The position numbers were made by a program, and so were the translations under genes. A DNA stretch of 61,055 bases, the filler included, from Hemiscyllium ocellatum (lineage: Eukaryota): the NCBI RefSeq assembly GCF_020745735.1. It is 4 parts of 4 records of this genome, joined end to end, with 100 filler letters (N's around TTAATTAATTAA, not from the genome) between each part and the next. Parts side by side here need not be neighbours in the genome. Positions count along the whole stretch, not along the records: positions 1 to 30,230 come from NW_026867526.1; positions 30,331 to 44,973 come from NW_026868065.1; 2 more parts are not named here. One strand, written 5' to 3'. Below the pieces are notes generated by a model. The model did no database searches. It was not told where the DNA came from and worked only from the letters and a program-made list of their open reading frames with translations. This document shows, one piece after another, positions 25,401 to 38,719 of this stretch. The number at the start of each line of letters is the position of its first letter. The first letter of the stretch is position 1.

Positions 25401-25869
25401 AAATGTGAGCAATGTCCTGACTGTGATGTCACTTATATTCACGATTTGCCAAGCAATTGGTCACCAATACATAAAGGTGAGAATCACATTTGAACTTTTA
25501 TTCAGTGATGGCCACAATTTTCAACTAAAGTGCTGTCACAGCCTATATTTAAAATATAATGATATAAATTAAAATAATCATTCTAATAAGTATTCCTCAA
25601 ATAATAGCATCCTGAAATAATAGATTAAAAGAAAAATAATTTAAAACGTTCTGACATGGACAATGAAGAAAGAACATGTGCAGTTCGTATTTGTAATTTC
25701 TTGCTGAGAGTCAATAATGCACTGATGGATACAGATAAGAGTCACACTTGAGAAATACCTGACTGCTTTATGAAGATGTAATGGTCTCTAATTACATGAC
25801 TTGGATGCACATAGATCGATCTGGATCAATAAACGATCTAAATGCGTTCTCTCGGCTTTATATTCATAG

Positions 25870-25997
25870 ATTCAATAAATCGCACTTGGATTGAAGACTA
25901 TGAGGATGATAACAGCAACATCTGGACAACTGCTTCCACGTTCATCACCTTGTTCTTCCTGAGTATTTTCTACAGCGCTGCTGTCACTCTGGTGAAG
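25870..25997 (+). CDS. IGHM: IgM TM1 exon
   Basis: (D)SINRTWIEDYEDDNSNIWTTASTFITLFFLSIFYSAAVTLVK with the CART motif; AG at 25868-25869, GTGAGA at 25998. Confidence 0.95.
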
Positions 25998-26136
25998 GTG
26001 AGAATAATCACATCTTTCTCACGCCAAGCAGCCCAATATGTTTTGTGAAATCTCTAAGTGTGCCATTGAATAAACATTAAATCTGAAAGTCCCTGATCAT
26101 AAATATCTGCGTCATTGCTTTATCTTTCTTTTCCAG

Positions 26137-26145
26137 GTTAAGTGA
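26137..26145 (+). CDS. IGHM: IgM TM2 exon (VK-stop)
   Basis: Pyrimidine tract TCTTTCTTTTCCAG then GTT AAG TGA, giving a KVK cytoplasmic tail; AATAAA at 26574-26579. Confidence 0.9.
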   Translation, partial: VK

Positions 26146-27192
26146 ATGAATTGTGGACCCCTTTGATTTTCCTGATCTGCTTATCAAGGTCTCTGAATTC
26201 CCAATCTACAATCTGTCCTGTTGCTGACTCTAACAGTGAGATCACTTCAGTTTATCAGTGTGTAACTGAGACAATTATTGATGGATTTTTGTTTTTACTT
26301 TGATATCTTTGAGATGGTTGTGGTTGGAAGAATTTGTAGCTTCCCTGTTGTTTGAAGCCCATTTGTTTGTTTTTATTTGTTCCTTACTCAGAATGGTTGC
26401 CTACCCTTTCTGATGAGCCTTTGTATTCCCTTTCTTGTGACTGTTACTGATGTACAGAAAATTCCCACCTCACAGCGCATGTGTTCTCGTCTCAATGTGG
26501 CAACCAGCCATTATATTCACTTCTGTTAGCTTTTACATCAACTTTTTGGATAAAAATGCTTTCTGAAATGGTTAATAAATCTCGAATGAATATGCACTAA
26601 CCTTGAGTTTGCTTCATTCTTTCTTCAAGGCCAGTCAGTAATCATACATTTTTCCACATCCTACTCCTTTCCCAGCCAAATACTTTCACTTGTTCTGTTT
26701 GGTTGTGTTTCATCCAGTCATTTAGTTTAATGTTGCGCTGCCATGCCGCCCACTAATGTAAATACATCTTTCACACGATATGCCTGATGGAACACTCCAG
26801 AGGCAGAATGATTAGAGAACATTTCCTCTTATGCACCAAGGGTCACGGCCTCGGGTCACGTAATGATACAAATTAGGAGATTTGCTCCACCAGAAGCCTA
26901 TAAAAGGCAGGCAAAGGAGTTTGAAAGTTTACTCTACACCGTCTAAACTACATGTACTCCCAATGTCCGGACAGCCTGGGTTAGTAATGCATAACTCACC
27001 ACCTAAAACGCCCAACGAAACATTCATCAGCCAAAAATGTCAACGCTCAGTCAGGTAGTCAGACACAACACGTGCACAATCCAAGGGCGGATTCTCAGAA
27101 CTGGAGATTTTCTCACACATAAATCTCATGGAGCACAATTCCTGGGATCTATTTGACACACCACACCTGTCAAATCCCAGGGAATGAGACTG

Positions 27193-27870
27193 GGATCTAT
27201 CTGATACAGGGATATTACTGAACAGCAACCCTCAAAAATAATAAATCAGAGGTCGATGTTGATCAGGCAAGTCAGAGCTCATGAGTCCCTGAAATATTCA
27301 GCCATTGGGATCTATATGACGCAAGACGGAATTGAGAACCAATCATAGCAACTGTTCACAGAGTCTGGAAACTATCAGCAGAGGAGAACATTCTCAATTT
27401 CTCAGAGTTGGTGAGGTGTATCATCCCGGGAATGGTGTTGTGAATCAGTCACACACCCAATCTCATAACTTCGCATTTTGTCAAAAATGTGGCACCTGAA
27501 ACTAGATGCAATATTCCAGGTGAGACAAGAGACTGTTTGATTTCAGTGTAACATAATAGCTTTGTGTTTGTTCTCTGCAGTGTTATTGATGAAGTAGGGT
27601 TTATTTGCTCTTCTGTCCACGTGTCATGGTCCATTCCCTGATTTGTGCGCATACACACGGAGGATCCTCTGCTCCTTCACCCCTTTGGGTTTACCCCCTT
27701 ACTGTTGTATGTTCTCTGAATTCATCACAAAACAAAGGAGCACGTCACCCCTCCCTGAGACGGAGATCTATCTGACACACTGATATTAATGAATAACAAT
27801 CCTCAAAAATGATCAATCACAGGTTGATTTCGATCAGGGAAGGCAGAGATCAGAAGTTCTGGAAACCCTG
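27193..27870 (+). repeat. Diverged direct duplication of about 105 bp (27193-27300 and 27764-27870)
   Basis: GATCTATCTGA...CCTCAAAAAT...GATCAGG aligns between the two copies. Confidence 0.75.
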
Positions 27871-28419
27871 CTGCTTTCCACGTCCTTTCCCACAACCCCT
27901 CTGTCAAACTTGATGCTCTATGCTGTTCTTCCAATATCCTAACATTTTACCTTAAATTGCTGTTAATATTTTGCTGTAATTTTGCATTAGAGACCAAAGC
28001 ACAGGTTGGAACAACAAGGACCCAAACACTGAACTCTGAGAACGTACACAATAAGGCAACCTACATTCTGAAACAGCAAACACCCGTTAACAAATGGTTG
28101 ACAAGTACAAAACAGTGGGTGGGATTAACTTGAACTCATCAAAATAAAAGGAAAGTACTCTGGAGGTACAGCGGTGTAGGGAAGACCTGCGCAGACAGAG
28201 TGGAGTTCGTTTTTAAAAATTCTTGTTTATATCCAGAATTTTCCTTCCACACAATGTAACCTTTTATTTCCCATCACCCAAGTCCCCCAGAGTATCTTTA
28301 TTTTCAGCTACTAACCATCACCAGTAAATTGAATCATTTATGTTCAAAGCCCCTCCCACCATCAAAGGTACGGCAGAAGTAGGAAGAGCTAGAAGGAGAT
28401 TGGAGTCAATTTTTCTTGT

Positions 28420-29280
28420 GGTGAAACTACTGCTGTTCTACCACAAGGTATTTCTGAGGGATGGTCCAGTGAAGCTATGTGGATGGAACTCATTAATAAG
28501 AAGGGCATGATTACTTTGATGCAATTGTAATAGTCCCCCCAGTAGTCAGAGTGAAATTGAGTAAAAATATGTGGAGAGATCTTATTTATACGTAAGAATA
28601 ATAGGATTGTAATAATCGCAAATTTAACCTTCCAAACATAAAGTGGGACAGCCATGGTCTTAAGAGCTTGGATGGTGAGAATTTGGTAAGTGCTAAAGTC
28701 AATTTTCTTCATTAATATACAGATGTAACTATCACAGAAGGAGCAAACCTGACCTACTCTTGTGATATAAGGTAGGGCAAGTGACTGAATGGTTAGTAGG
28801 GGAGCTTTTGGGGCCAGGGTCATAATTCGATTAGTTTAAAATATCTATGAAAGGATTGGCATTATATATAAGTTAAAGTTCTTAATTGAACTAGGGCAAA
28901 TTTTGATAGTATGAGACAAAATCTTTCAAGAGTTGATTGGAGTAGACTGTTTGCAGCTCAAGGGACGGCCGGCAAGAATGAAGCTTTCAGAAGTGAGATA
29001 ACGAGAGTTCGGAGGCGTGATGTTCCTGTTAGTGTGAAGGTAAGGCTGGTAAGAGGAGGAACACTGAGGAATAAAGATATTGAGGCTCTGTTTCAGATTA
29101 AGAATGAATCATATATTAGATATAGATAAATGAGATCAAGTGAATCTCGAAGAGTACAAGAGGTGCAGGGACATTCTAAAGAGGGGAATGAGGAGCAAGA
29201 AAGGAAAATGAGATAGCCTTGGGAGATAATGTTAAAGATAATCCAAAGAGATTCGACTAGTACATTAAGAGCAAAGGGGT
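28420..29280 (+). mobile_element. Old CR1 LINE fragment (endonuclease region)
   Basis: MRQNLSRVDWSRLF...AFRSEITRV remnant. Confidence 0.7.
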
Positions 29281-29283
29281 AGA

Positions 29284-29715
29284 TCATAGAGTCATAGAGA
29301 TGTACAACTTGGAAACAGATCTTTCAATCACACTTGCCCATGATATCCTAAACTAATCTAGTCCCATTTGGCAGTACTTGGTCCATATCCCTCTAAATAA
29401 ACCTTCCTATTCTTATACACACTCAGATGCCTTTTAAATGTTGAAATTGCACCAGCCTCCACCGCTTCCTCTGGCAGTTCATTCCATATACACCATCCTC
29501 AGCATGAAAAAGTTACTCCTGAGGTACTTTCAACTTTTTCCCCTCTCACTCTAAACCTATACTCACGGTTCTAGACTCTAAACCATCAGGGAAAAGACCT
29601 TGTCTATTCCCGTATCCATGCCTCTGATGATTTTATAAACCTTTATAAAGTCATGCAGCCTCCAACGCTCCAGAGAAATCAGCCCCAGCCTATTCAGCCT
29701 CTCCCTATATAACTC
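29284..29715 (-). mobile_element. CR1 LINE 3' fragment
   Basis: ATAGAGTCATAGAGATGTACA tail and WNELPEEAV remnant on the - strand. Confidence 0.75.
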
Positions 29716-30230
29716 TACATGGCGTGAATATGTATAAGCCTAGGATTGGCTTCATAAATCATGTTGCATTTAATATAAATATTGGTTTTTTTTATTATCA
29801 TTTAGTTTAAAATGGAGGATGGGTGCCTTTTCAATTTCATATCAGTAGCACAGAAAGACCTGGGGAAATAAACTGCAACAAAAAAATGGACAAGAAGTTA
29901 TTGCACTATGGATCATCTCACCATATCATTCGTGTAAAAAATAATTCCCTGTTTTGACCGTGAAGTTAATAGAGTCTATTAATTAGTCCTGTGTTTGTAA
30001 TAATTTTCATCTATCTGTCATTCTACATTTAGTTGTTATAGTTAACGTGTGGATTACTGCACCTCTCTAAATATTCAAAACAAAATAAAGTAAAACTGCA
30101 AATTAAATATTGCATCTAATTACGACAAAAAAGTTAGCAATTCAATGACACCAAATTGGAAAGGAATGTTGAAATGTAGCCAATTCTGAGGACTACAAGA
30201 AGTTGCAAGAGATCATTAATTAATTTACGG

Positions 30231-30330
30231 NNNNNNNNNNNNNNNNNNNNNNNNNNNNNNNNNNNNNNNNNNNNTTAATTAATTAANNNNNNNNNNNNNN
30301 NNNNNNNNNNNNNNNNNNNNNNNNNNNNNN
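30231..30330. other. Assembly gap/linker
   Basis: N44-TTAATTAATTAA-N44. Confidence 0.98.
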
Positions 30331-30359
30331 CTTCTGGCTGTTTCTATCATTAAATGCTT

Positions 30360-30740
30360 TTCCTTGTGATGCTGGAGTCGTGCTGGGCCGGCCCAGACCT
30401 ACACATCACGATGCGGTGGACCCACTCCACACTCACCCGGCCCGACTTGATCTCCAGGCCCAGCTACTCCAGAGGCCACCGCTTGAGGAAATCAGCAAGG
30501 TTTTCACCTTCTACATGCTCAGGTAAGCCCAAGATCTGTTGATTTTTCTCTGACCTTGATTTTCGAGGTCGTCTACTTGTTCCTTCAAGGCCCGCCCCTT
30601 GGAGCTCTCCATTGTGGCCTCCAAGGCTTCGTTAGTAAATTCTGTTGCTGCACTGAACTGAAGGGCGCTGCCACAGGGTTTGAGGTAACGGCTGCGGGCG
30701 TGCCCGACATAGTAGCCCGGCTTGTCAGGGGAGACTAACA
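30360..30740 (-). mobile_element. L1/Tx1-type ORF1 remnant
   Basis: LKEQVDDLENQGQRK...ILGLPEHVEGENLADFLK...VSVEWVHRI resembles the L1 ORF1p coiled-coil/RRM junction; frameshifted. Confidence 0.6.
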
Positions 30741-30749
30741 ATGGGGGGA

Positions 30750-31290
30750 GGGGTAGGAACCCACCTTGCCTGGGGTATGGCACAGAGCCCAACACACCAG
30801 ACTGTTCAGACTGCTGCCATCTTGAATCTCCTACACCCACTCTCTACTGATCACATCCTCAAAAACTTCCAGAAGATGTGCCAGGCCTCATTTCCCTTTA
30901 GTAAATCTGTGATGACTTTGACCGATTCTGTCACTGCTTTCCAAATGCTCAGTTATTATATCTTTAATAACTGACTCCAGCGTTTTCCTCATGTCTAATT
31001 CCTCATTTGCACTCTCCCTCCTTTTATTAAAAAGTGGAGTTGCATTGGATACTATCCAGTCCATTGGAACTCTGTCAAAGTCAACAGAATGTTGGTCACT
31101 TTCCACTAATGGGTCCACTATTTTGACACTTACTTTCTGAAGTACTCTGGGATGTAGAGCACCAGGCCCTGGGGACACATTAAGTTTTGATACCATCAGT
31201 CTCCCCAAGACCATTTCCTGACTAAAAAGGATTACCTTCAGTTCCTCCTTCACACGTGACTCTCTGTCCCCCTGCGTTTCCTTTCAACAG
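30750..31290 (-). mobile_element. CR1 LINE RT-region fragment
   Basis: SPGPGALHPRVLQ...WIVSNATPLFNK remnant. Confidence 0.75.
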
Positions 31291-31450
31291 GATGTATATC
31301 CTTGGAAATTTAGTTCCCAGCCCTGATCCCCTTGCAGCCATGTCCCTGCACTGCAGGCTCATTTACCTTGTTTCATATACTCGATGCATCTAAGTACTGC
31401 ACTCTCAGTCATGCATTACCTGCTTCCTTCTCATAGTTATCTCCTTTAGA

Positions 31451-31695
31451 AATCATAGAATACCGACAGTGTGGAAGCAGACCATTCAGCCCAGACTGAC
31501 CCTCCAAGACGTATCCCACCCACCCTACCATTCCCATGGATAATCCTCCTATCCTACACATCTTTGTGTCAATGGGAGGAAACCCAAGTGGACACGGGGA
31601 GAATGTATAAACTCCACACAGACAGTCAGTTGGAATTGAGTCTGTGTCTGCGGAGCTGTGAGACAGCAGTGCTAACCACTGATCCACCATTCCAC
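31451..31695 (-). mobile_element. V-SINE, diverged
   Basis: Head and core on the - strand. Confidence 0.75.
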
Positions 31696-32129
31696 CCTGC
31701 GGGGCCTCAAGTTCAATTCCTGATCCTTTCCATACTCTCCATCCTATTGCTTAGTCTGGATACTTTAATAAAGTGTCCTGAGCCCCTACCTTCTTCAAAC
31801 AGTTTAAATTTCTTGAAGCTTGATTTACCTTGGCTTGTGTGGTACCACTTTGTCTGCCTTATTCTGAATGGGTCATGCATTAAGAGACAAAGCCTTTAAG
31901 TTTGTTCTAGTATTGAGCTTCCCTACACTTTTAAGTTTCCTTAGTACAATATGACATTTACAATATTCTAACCCTTCCTTTTATTTCCTGGTAACAATCA
32001 ATCCCATCACTACCCAGTAATCCTCCCTTCTCCTTTAACTTACATTTTCTCATTCTCTATCCAACTCTTCCAGTTACTTTCTCTTTGAATCGTATTCAGG
32101 CTGATATTTATCCCTGAACAAACATCACT

Positions 32130-32290
32130 CAAAATGTTCCATGGTTCATTGTTGCTTGTGGGATCTTGCTGTGCACAATCCAGCTTGCACATTTCCTATA
32201 TTACAACAACAACCATATTTCAAACAAGTCCCGCACTGTCTGCAAATGTCTTTGGGACAGCATGAATCTTTCTTTTCATTGGATGAACTG
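32130..32290 (+). mobile_element. DeuSINE-like fragment
   Basis: CATTGTTGCTTGTGGGATCTTGCTGTGCACAA...CCTATATTACAAC resembles the Deu-domain/3' region as I recall it. Confidence 0.5.
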
Positions 32291-32933
32291 GGAGTCTTTC
32301 AGATGTGAAAGATGCCTTTCCAATATTGTACAGTCCTCCTCCTGACAAAGTTCCTGCTTTGTCCCTTTTTTTTTAATGGGTCTCATACATTCCTTCATTC
32401 TCTTGTTCTTTCGGTGATTATCAACATCACTGGGATTTCCTTGACTTCATTTGATGTATTTCATCCTGTCAGCTCTTTGCTTTCACCCCTGCATTTCGTT
32501 TTTCAGCCCAGTTTTACCAAGTCACTGCTCAGTTCAGTAAAATGGTTTGTTCCCAAATGAAAACTTTTACACTTGTTGCACGGTTCTCCATTCCGATCCC
32601 TACTCTCAGTCTCACTGAGTTCTGATCCCTGTCACTGAAATGCTTCCCCATTGATAGCCCTTCCAGCTGCCCACATTCATTCTCTAAGCAATGGTCCAAA
32701 ACTGTCCCTTTTCTTTCACCATCACCTTCTCAGGGGCAATTAGGGATGGGTAATAAATGCTGGCCCTGCCAGTGACACATCCCAAGAAGCAATTTTTAAA
32801 AATCCCTGTCCTTTTATGGGGTTTGTTAGGTATTGGATACAAGTGTTCAAACGGATTGTTTTATCAGTGAATGTTCAGAGAGTTGAAATCAGTTTGAATG
32901 GCAGGGAATAAAATTGTTTCTCTTGTATTTCAG

Positions 32934-33255
32934 GCCGTGAGAACTCTCAGCCCAAGCTGACCCTGCTGCCCCCCTCCCCGGAGCAGGTCAATGCCAAGGC
33001 ACTGCCACCCTGGTGTGCCTTGCCAATCACTTCTATCCCGATGAGCTGGAGTGGAAGAAGGACGGTGCAGTCATTTCGGACGGGGTTCAGACCAGCAACT
33101 ACCTGCGAGCTTCGGACAGCACCTACAGTGTCAGCAGCCTGCTGACCCTCTCTGGGTCTGACTGGGAGTCCGACGCTCACTTCTCTTGTGCCCTCACCCA
33201 TGTGACTCTCCCCTCTCCCCTCAGCAAGAGCATCAGGAGATCAGAATGTGTATAG
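32934..33255 (+). pseudogene. IGKC: Ig light-chain constant exon, kappa (type III/NS4)-like, with lesions
   Basis: RENSQPKLTLLPPSPEQVNAK-[1-nt gap]-TATLVCLANHFYPDELEWKKDG...FSCALTHVTLPSPLSKSIRRSECV*; TTTCAG acceptor at 32933; C-terminal ECV with the heavy-chain-linking Cys; AATAAA at 33782. Isotype is assigned from recalled similarity. Confidence 0.8.
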
Positions 33256-35149
33256 AGTGTTCAAGACAGTCCACAGAGGAGACACAACTTTCAATAGAAC
33301 TGGACTGAGCTGGTAGGTCAAAAGTCATTGTCAGCACTGAATTTCAATTCTCTTCCTTCTCAGGACTGGCTCAGAGACACTTCTGAGGTTCAAGGGTTAT
33401 GGCAGGTCATTGCGATCATCAAAAAGAAGCTTTACTCTGTATCAAACCCCATGCTGTCCCTGTTCTGGGAGTGTTTGACTGGGGCAGTGATGTCCTGTGA
33501 TGCCAACTCAAACCTCTCGAAAATGCTGAAGACTGTCAGCTGTACAAAACAATGTGAACCTCAGAAGTCTCTGTTTCAGTAAACCAGATCTCCTTCCTGC
33601 TCAGCCACCAGTTCCAAGTTCAGGTTTTGTCACTGTTTAAAGGGACAGGATTCTCATGTTGTTGAGAAAATCTCCACAAGTGTTTTCCTCAAACTCCATT
33701 GTGGCTGTGAATTTGTGCAGCTTCCTCTGTCTGGGCTGTTAATTGCAGTCTGTTTTCTGTCAATGTCAATCTGGAAAAGGGAATAAAGATGAAGAAGATT
33801 CAGTCTCTGTCTCTGTGTGCTTTGGGAATGGCACGAGCTGAAGCCTCAGGGAAAGGGTGTGTGAAGTGTTAACCTCCACCCTCACGGCCTGGAGAAAGAG
33901 CGGGAGAATCGAGGGGGCAATGGGGTCCCCGGAGCAGGAGGGCAATGATACCATTGTGTCCAGAAGGGGCACTTTCAGCAGGAATGCAGGGCCTCAAGGA
34001 AATCTTTCCCAATAGATGGGGAAAAGAAGGAAGGCAGGAGGGGACAACGGGGAACACAATAATCTGATGGAAATTCTCCATCAACCCTCACCCATCCCTT
34101 AGGCACAGCAAGATCACAAGCCAAGAAATTCAAATCAACTGTTTAGGAGCCAGAGCCACTGGGAACCCTGTATTGATGAATATGACCGGCAGGATCTTGT
34201 TACTCAGAATCACAATTCCACAGGGTTCGGGAAATAAATATTCTATAAATTAAACCTGAGTTTTCTTTCCTCTTCCAATGAGATGGAATTGCGCCGTGTC
34301 CCTGGAGTCAGATTGAGAATGTTCAGTCTGGGGGAGTCTGGGAAGCAGAGAGTGACAACATTGAATTGCTTCTGGTGTCATCCTCTGCGCCCTAACGTTT
34401 CACAGTGCCAGCTCCACATCCTTCCATTGGCTTTGTCATTGAGAGGCAACAGTTCTCTTCCCACAGCCCTTTTTAAAATGCCCTGCCCAAGGAATCACTC
34501 AGACAGAGAATATTTCACCTTTTCTGGGAAGGGTGGAGAAATATTGGATGTCGATGAGCTGCTCGCTAAGACTTCAGGGTCTGACAGAAGGATGTGTGTA
34601 GTCTGTGGATTCTGGAGACAGATCACTGAGATATTCCTCACTCCCATCAACACCTGACTTTATTCTGACATCAGTGACTATTCTTCATTATAAAGTATCC
34701 CCCCCTCCCCCCAGCCACAGTTTGAGGTAGGACAGTTCACACCCAGCCCCCATTTCCTCACATTAGAATCAAGAACCAAACTTGCCCCATCTCAGGATTG
34801 CCCTCTGAATGTGGTGTCAGTGTGTTAATGCTGTGTCTGAATGAAAGAGCCACAATAGAATCTGGGACTGAATCCAAGGGGTTTCTGAGTAGCCTCCCCA
34901 CTGTGTGAGAGTCTGTCTGGATAAGATTTCAACCCCATGGGTTCCCATTGATACTAGAGCCATGGAGTGAGATTGGTGGAGCCACATGTGGACTGAGGAA
35001 CACAACAGTCAGGACAATGAACTGCTCTGGAATCCACCCTGAGCTCTGGATGATCCCCGCTGAGGTGGTCCAGGGGCTACAGAATATGACAGCAAAAAGT
35101 GGAACCAGTTTATCATTGACTTCTGCGGGAAGTGCACCCAACTCCGGCT

Positions 35150-38082
35150 CCTTGAAAACCGTGTTAGGGAATTGGAGCTGGAGCTGGACGAACTATGGAT
35201 CATTCAGGAGGCTGAGGTGGTAATTGAGAGGAGTTACCAGCAGTTTACTACCGGTGACACGAGATAGTGAGGCGAGGAACAGGGAGTGGGCACAGCTTAA
35301 CATGTGGTTGTGCAGCTGGTGTAGGAGGGAGGGCTTCAGATATGTAGATAAGTGGGATGCGTTCTGGGGAAGGTGGGACCTGTACAAGAACGAGGGGTTG
35401 CATCCGAACTAGAAGGGGAGGAATGTCCTGGGTGGAAGCCTTGCTCAAGTAGTTCAGGAGGGTTTAAACTAGTACGGCAGGGAGGGTGGGAACCTGAGCT
35501 GTATACCGGTGGTGAGAGTTGATGGAGATGAGGCAATAGCAAGAGGTAGCGCAGCCTGTAGGAAAGAACCAAGTGTGTTTGCTTTAATGCAAGGTGTATC
35601 AGGAATAAAAGTGATGAGCTTAAAGCATGGATCAGTACCTGCTGCTATGATGTCGTGGCCATAACAGAGACGTGGGTTTCTCAGGGGCAGGAATGGTTGC
35701 TGAATGTTCCAGGGTTTAGAACAGTTAAAAAGAATAGGGCGGGGGGGAAGAGGAGGGGATGTAACTCTGCTAATCAGAGAGGATATCACAGCTACAGAAG
35801 CTTCCATTGTCGAGGATGGTCTGCCTACTGAGTCAGTATGGGTGGAAATTAGGAACAGTAAGGGAGCAGTCACCTCATTAGGGGTTTACTACAGGCCCCA
35901 CAATAGCAGCAGGGAGATTGAAGAAAACATAGGTCGGCAGATTTTGGAAAAGTGTGAATGTAGTCGGGTTGTTGTAATGGGTGACTTTAACTTTCCCAAT
36001 GTTGATTAGATTACATTACAGTGTGGAAACAGGCCCTTCGGCCCAACAAGTCCACACCGACCCGCCGAAGCGAAACCCCCCATACCCTACATTACCCCTT
36101 ACCTAACACTACGGGCAATTTTTAGCATGGCCAATTCACCTGACCCGCACATCTTTGGACTGTGGGAGGAAACCGGAGCACCCGAGGAAACCCACGCAGA
36201 CACGGGGAGAACGTGCAAACTCCACACAGTCAGTCGCCTGAGTCGGGAATTGAACCGCGGGTCTTCAGGCGCTGTGAGGCAGCAGTGCTAACCACTGTGC
36301 CACCGTGCCGCCCAATGATCAAAGAAAGAATAGGGCCGATCAGGGATTGCATAGGGAACTTGTGTATAGAGTCTGAGGCGGTAGGGAAAGCCTAAATGAG
36401 TTTTTTGCTTCTGTCTTTACTGAAGAAAAGGACCTTGTAGTGAATGAACCCATTGAGGAGCAGGTAAGCATGCTGGAACGGATAGAGATTGAGGAAGCTG
36501 ATGTGCTGAAAAATTTGGCAAGCATTAAGATTGACAAGTCGCCAAGGCCAGACCAGACTTTGTCCTCGGCTGCTTTGGAAGCAAGAAATGTGATTGCTTC
36601 GCCGATTGCGAAGATCTTTGCATCCTCGCTCTCCACCGGAGTCATACCTGGAACTGGAGGGATGCAAATGTTATTCCTCTCTTCAAGAAAGGAAATAGGG
36701 AAATCCTCAGCAATTATAGAACAATCAGTCTCACGTTCTGTTGTCTGCAAGGTGTTAGAAAGGATTCTGAGGGATAGGATTTATGACCATCTGGAAGAGC
36801 ATGGCTTGATTAAATGCAGTCAGTACGGCTTTGTGAGGGGCTGGTCATACCTTACGAATCTTATTGAATTCTTTGAGGATGTTCCTGGACACGTTGATGA
36901 GGGTCGAGCGGTAGATGTGGTGTATATGGACTTCAGCAAGGCATTTGATAAGATTCCCCATGGTAGGCTCGTTCATCAGGTCATACAGGGACGTTTAACT
37001 GTCTGGATACAGAATTGGCTGGTCGACAGAAGGCAGCGAGTGTGTCGTGGAAGGATAGTATTCTGCATGGAAGTCAGTGGTGAGTGGTGTTCCACGGGGC
37101 TCTGTTCTTGGGCCTCTACTCTTTGTAATTTTTATTAATGACTTGGATGAGGAGATTGAAGGATGGGTTAGCAAGTTTGCAGATGACACAAAGGTTGGAG
37201 TTGTCGTTGACAGTATAGAGGACAGTTGTAGGCTGCAGCGTGACATTGAAAGGATGCAGAGATGGGCTGAGAGGTGGCAGATGGAGTTCAACCTGGATAA
37301 ATGTGAATTGATGCATTTTGGAAGGTCGAACTTGAAAGTTGAGTACAGGATTAAAGAAAAGATTCTTGGCAGTGTGGAGGAACAGCGGGATATTGGTGTG
37401 CAGGTACATAGATCCCTTAAAATTGTCACCCAAGTGGACAGGTTGTTAAGAAAGCATATGGTGTTTTGGCTTTCATTAACAGGGGGATTGAGTTTAAGAG
37501 CCATGAGATCTTGTTGCAGCTCTATAAAACTTTGGTTAGACCGCACTTGGAATATTGTGTCCAGTTCTGGTCGCCCTATTATCGGAAAGATGTGGATGCT
37601 TTGGAGAGGGTTCAGAGGAGGTTTACCAGGATGCTGCCTGGAATGGAGGGCTTATCTTATGAAGAGAGGTTCACTGAGTTCGGACTTTTATCATTGGAAA
37701 AAAGAAGGAAGAGAGGGGACCTAACTGAGATGTACAAGATAATGAGAGGCATTGACAGAGTTGATAGCCAGAGACTTTTTCCCAGGGCAGAAACTGTTAA
37801 CACGGGGAGTCATAGTTTTAAGCTGTTTGGCGGAAAGTATACAGAGGGGATGTCAGAGGCGGGTTCTTTACGCAGAGAGTTGTGAGAGCATGGAATGAGT
37901 AGCCAGCAGCAGTTGTGGAAGTGAGGTCATTGGGGATATTTAAGAGACTGCTGGACATGCATATGGTTACAGAAATTTGAGAGTTCGTACATTAGGTTCA
38001 GCTCACATGACGATCAATGGTCGGCACAACATTGTGGGCTGAAGGGCCTGTTCTGTGCTGTACTGTTCTATGTTCTATGTTC
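35150..38082 (+). mobile_element. CR1 LINE with ORF1 SGNH-esterase remnant and disrupted ORF2
   Basis: LNMWLCSWCRREGFRYVDKWDAFWGRWDLYKNEGLHPN (esterase-type ORF1), MGDFNFPNVD, YMDFSKAFDKIPH, SKFADDTK, CTATGTT tail. Confidence 0.9.
36004..36313 (-). mobile_element. Young V-SINE nested in CR1
   Basis: Near-identical reverse complement of 1181-1491. Confidence 0.9.
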
Positions 38083-38114
38083 AAAGCATGCCAACTCATA
38101 CTTTTACCAGCCGT

Positions 38115-38470
38115 TTTACTGTCCATCTTTAATTGTCACGGACAAGGTGCTGCTAAGCTGAGTTCTTGAACCCCTACAGTCCGTGTGCTGGAAGTAGACC
38201 CAAAATGCCTTTAGGAAGAGAATTCCAGGATTCTGACCCAGTGATGATGTAGAAACAGTGTTATATTTCCAAATCAAACTGGTGAATGTCTTGGAGGGGA
38301 TCTTGCTGCAGTGAAGTTCCCATGTATCTGCTGCCCTTGTCCTTGATTTAAATGTCATGGGTTTGGAAGCTGTTGTCTCAGGATCTTTGGTGAATCTCTG
38401 CAGTGCATCTTGTAAATCGAACACACAGCTGTTACTGAACGTCGGTGTGGGGGGACTGGATGTTTTGGAT
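38115..38470 (-). mobile_element. L2-like LINE 3' fragment
   Basis: SRTRAADTWELH...SLIWKY remnant. Confidence 0.5.
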
Positions 38471-38719
38471 GTGGTGCCAATCAAGCAGGCTAAACTTTTT
38501 TTCAGCAAAATTTAAATAAAATAATATAAAACAAATAAAATTAAATAAAATATAATTTTGCTGCCTTTTTGATAAAACATCACTGCACCCAAAAAGCTAA
38601 CTCCTCCTCTCCCCACCGAGGCTGCACCTGTTCCCTTACTCCAGCATTGTGCTTCTATTTGAGATTTGCAGTATTTTTTGGTTTTGTATCTGTTTTAATG
38701 CCATTGGTTATAAGAGAAG

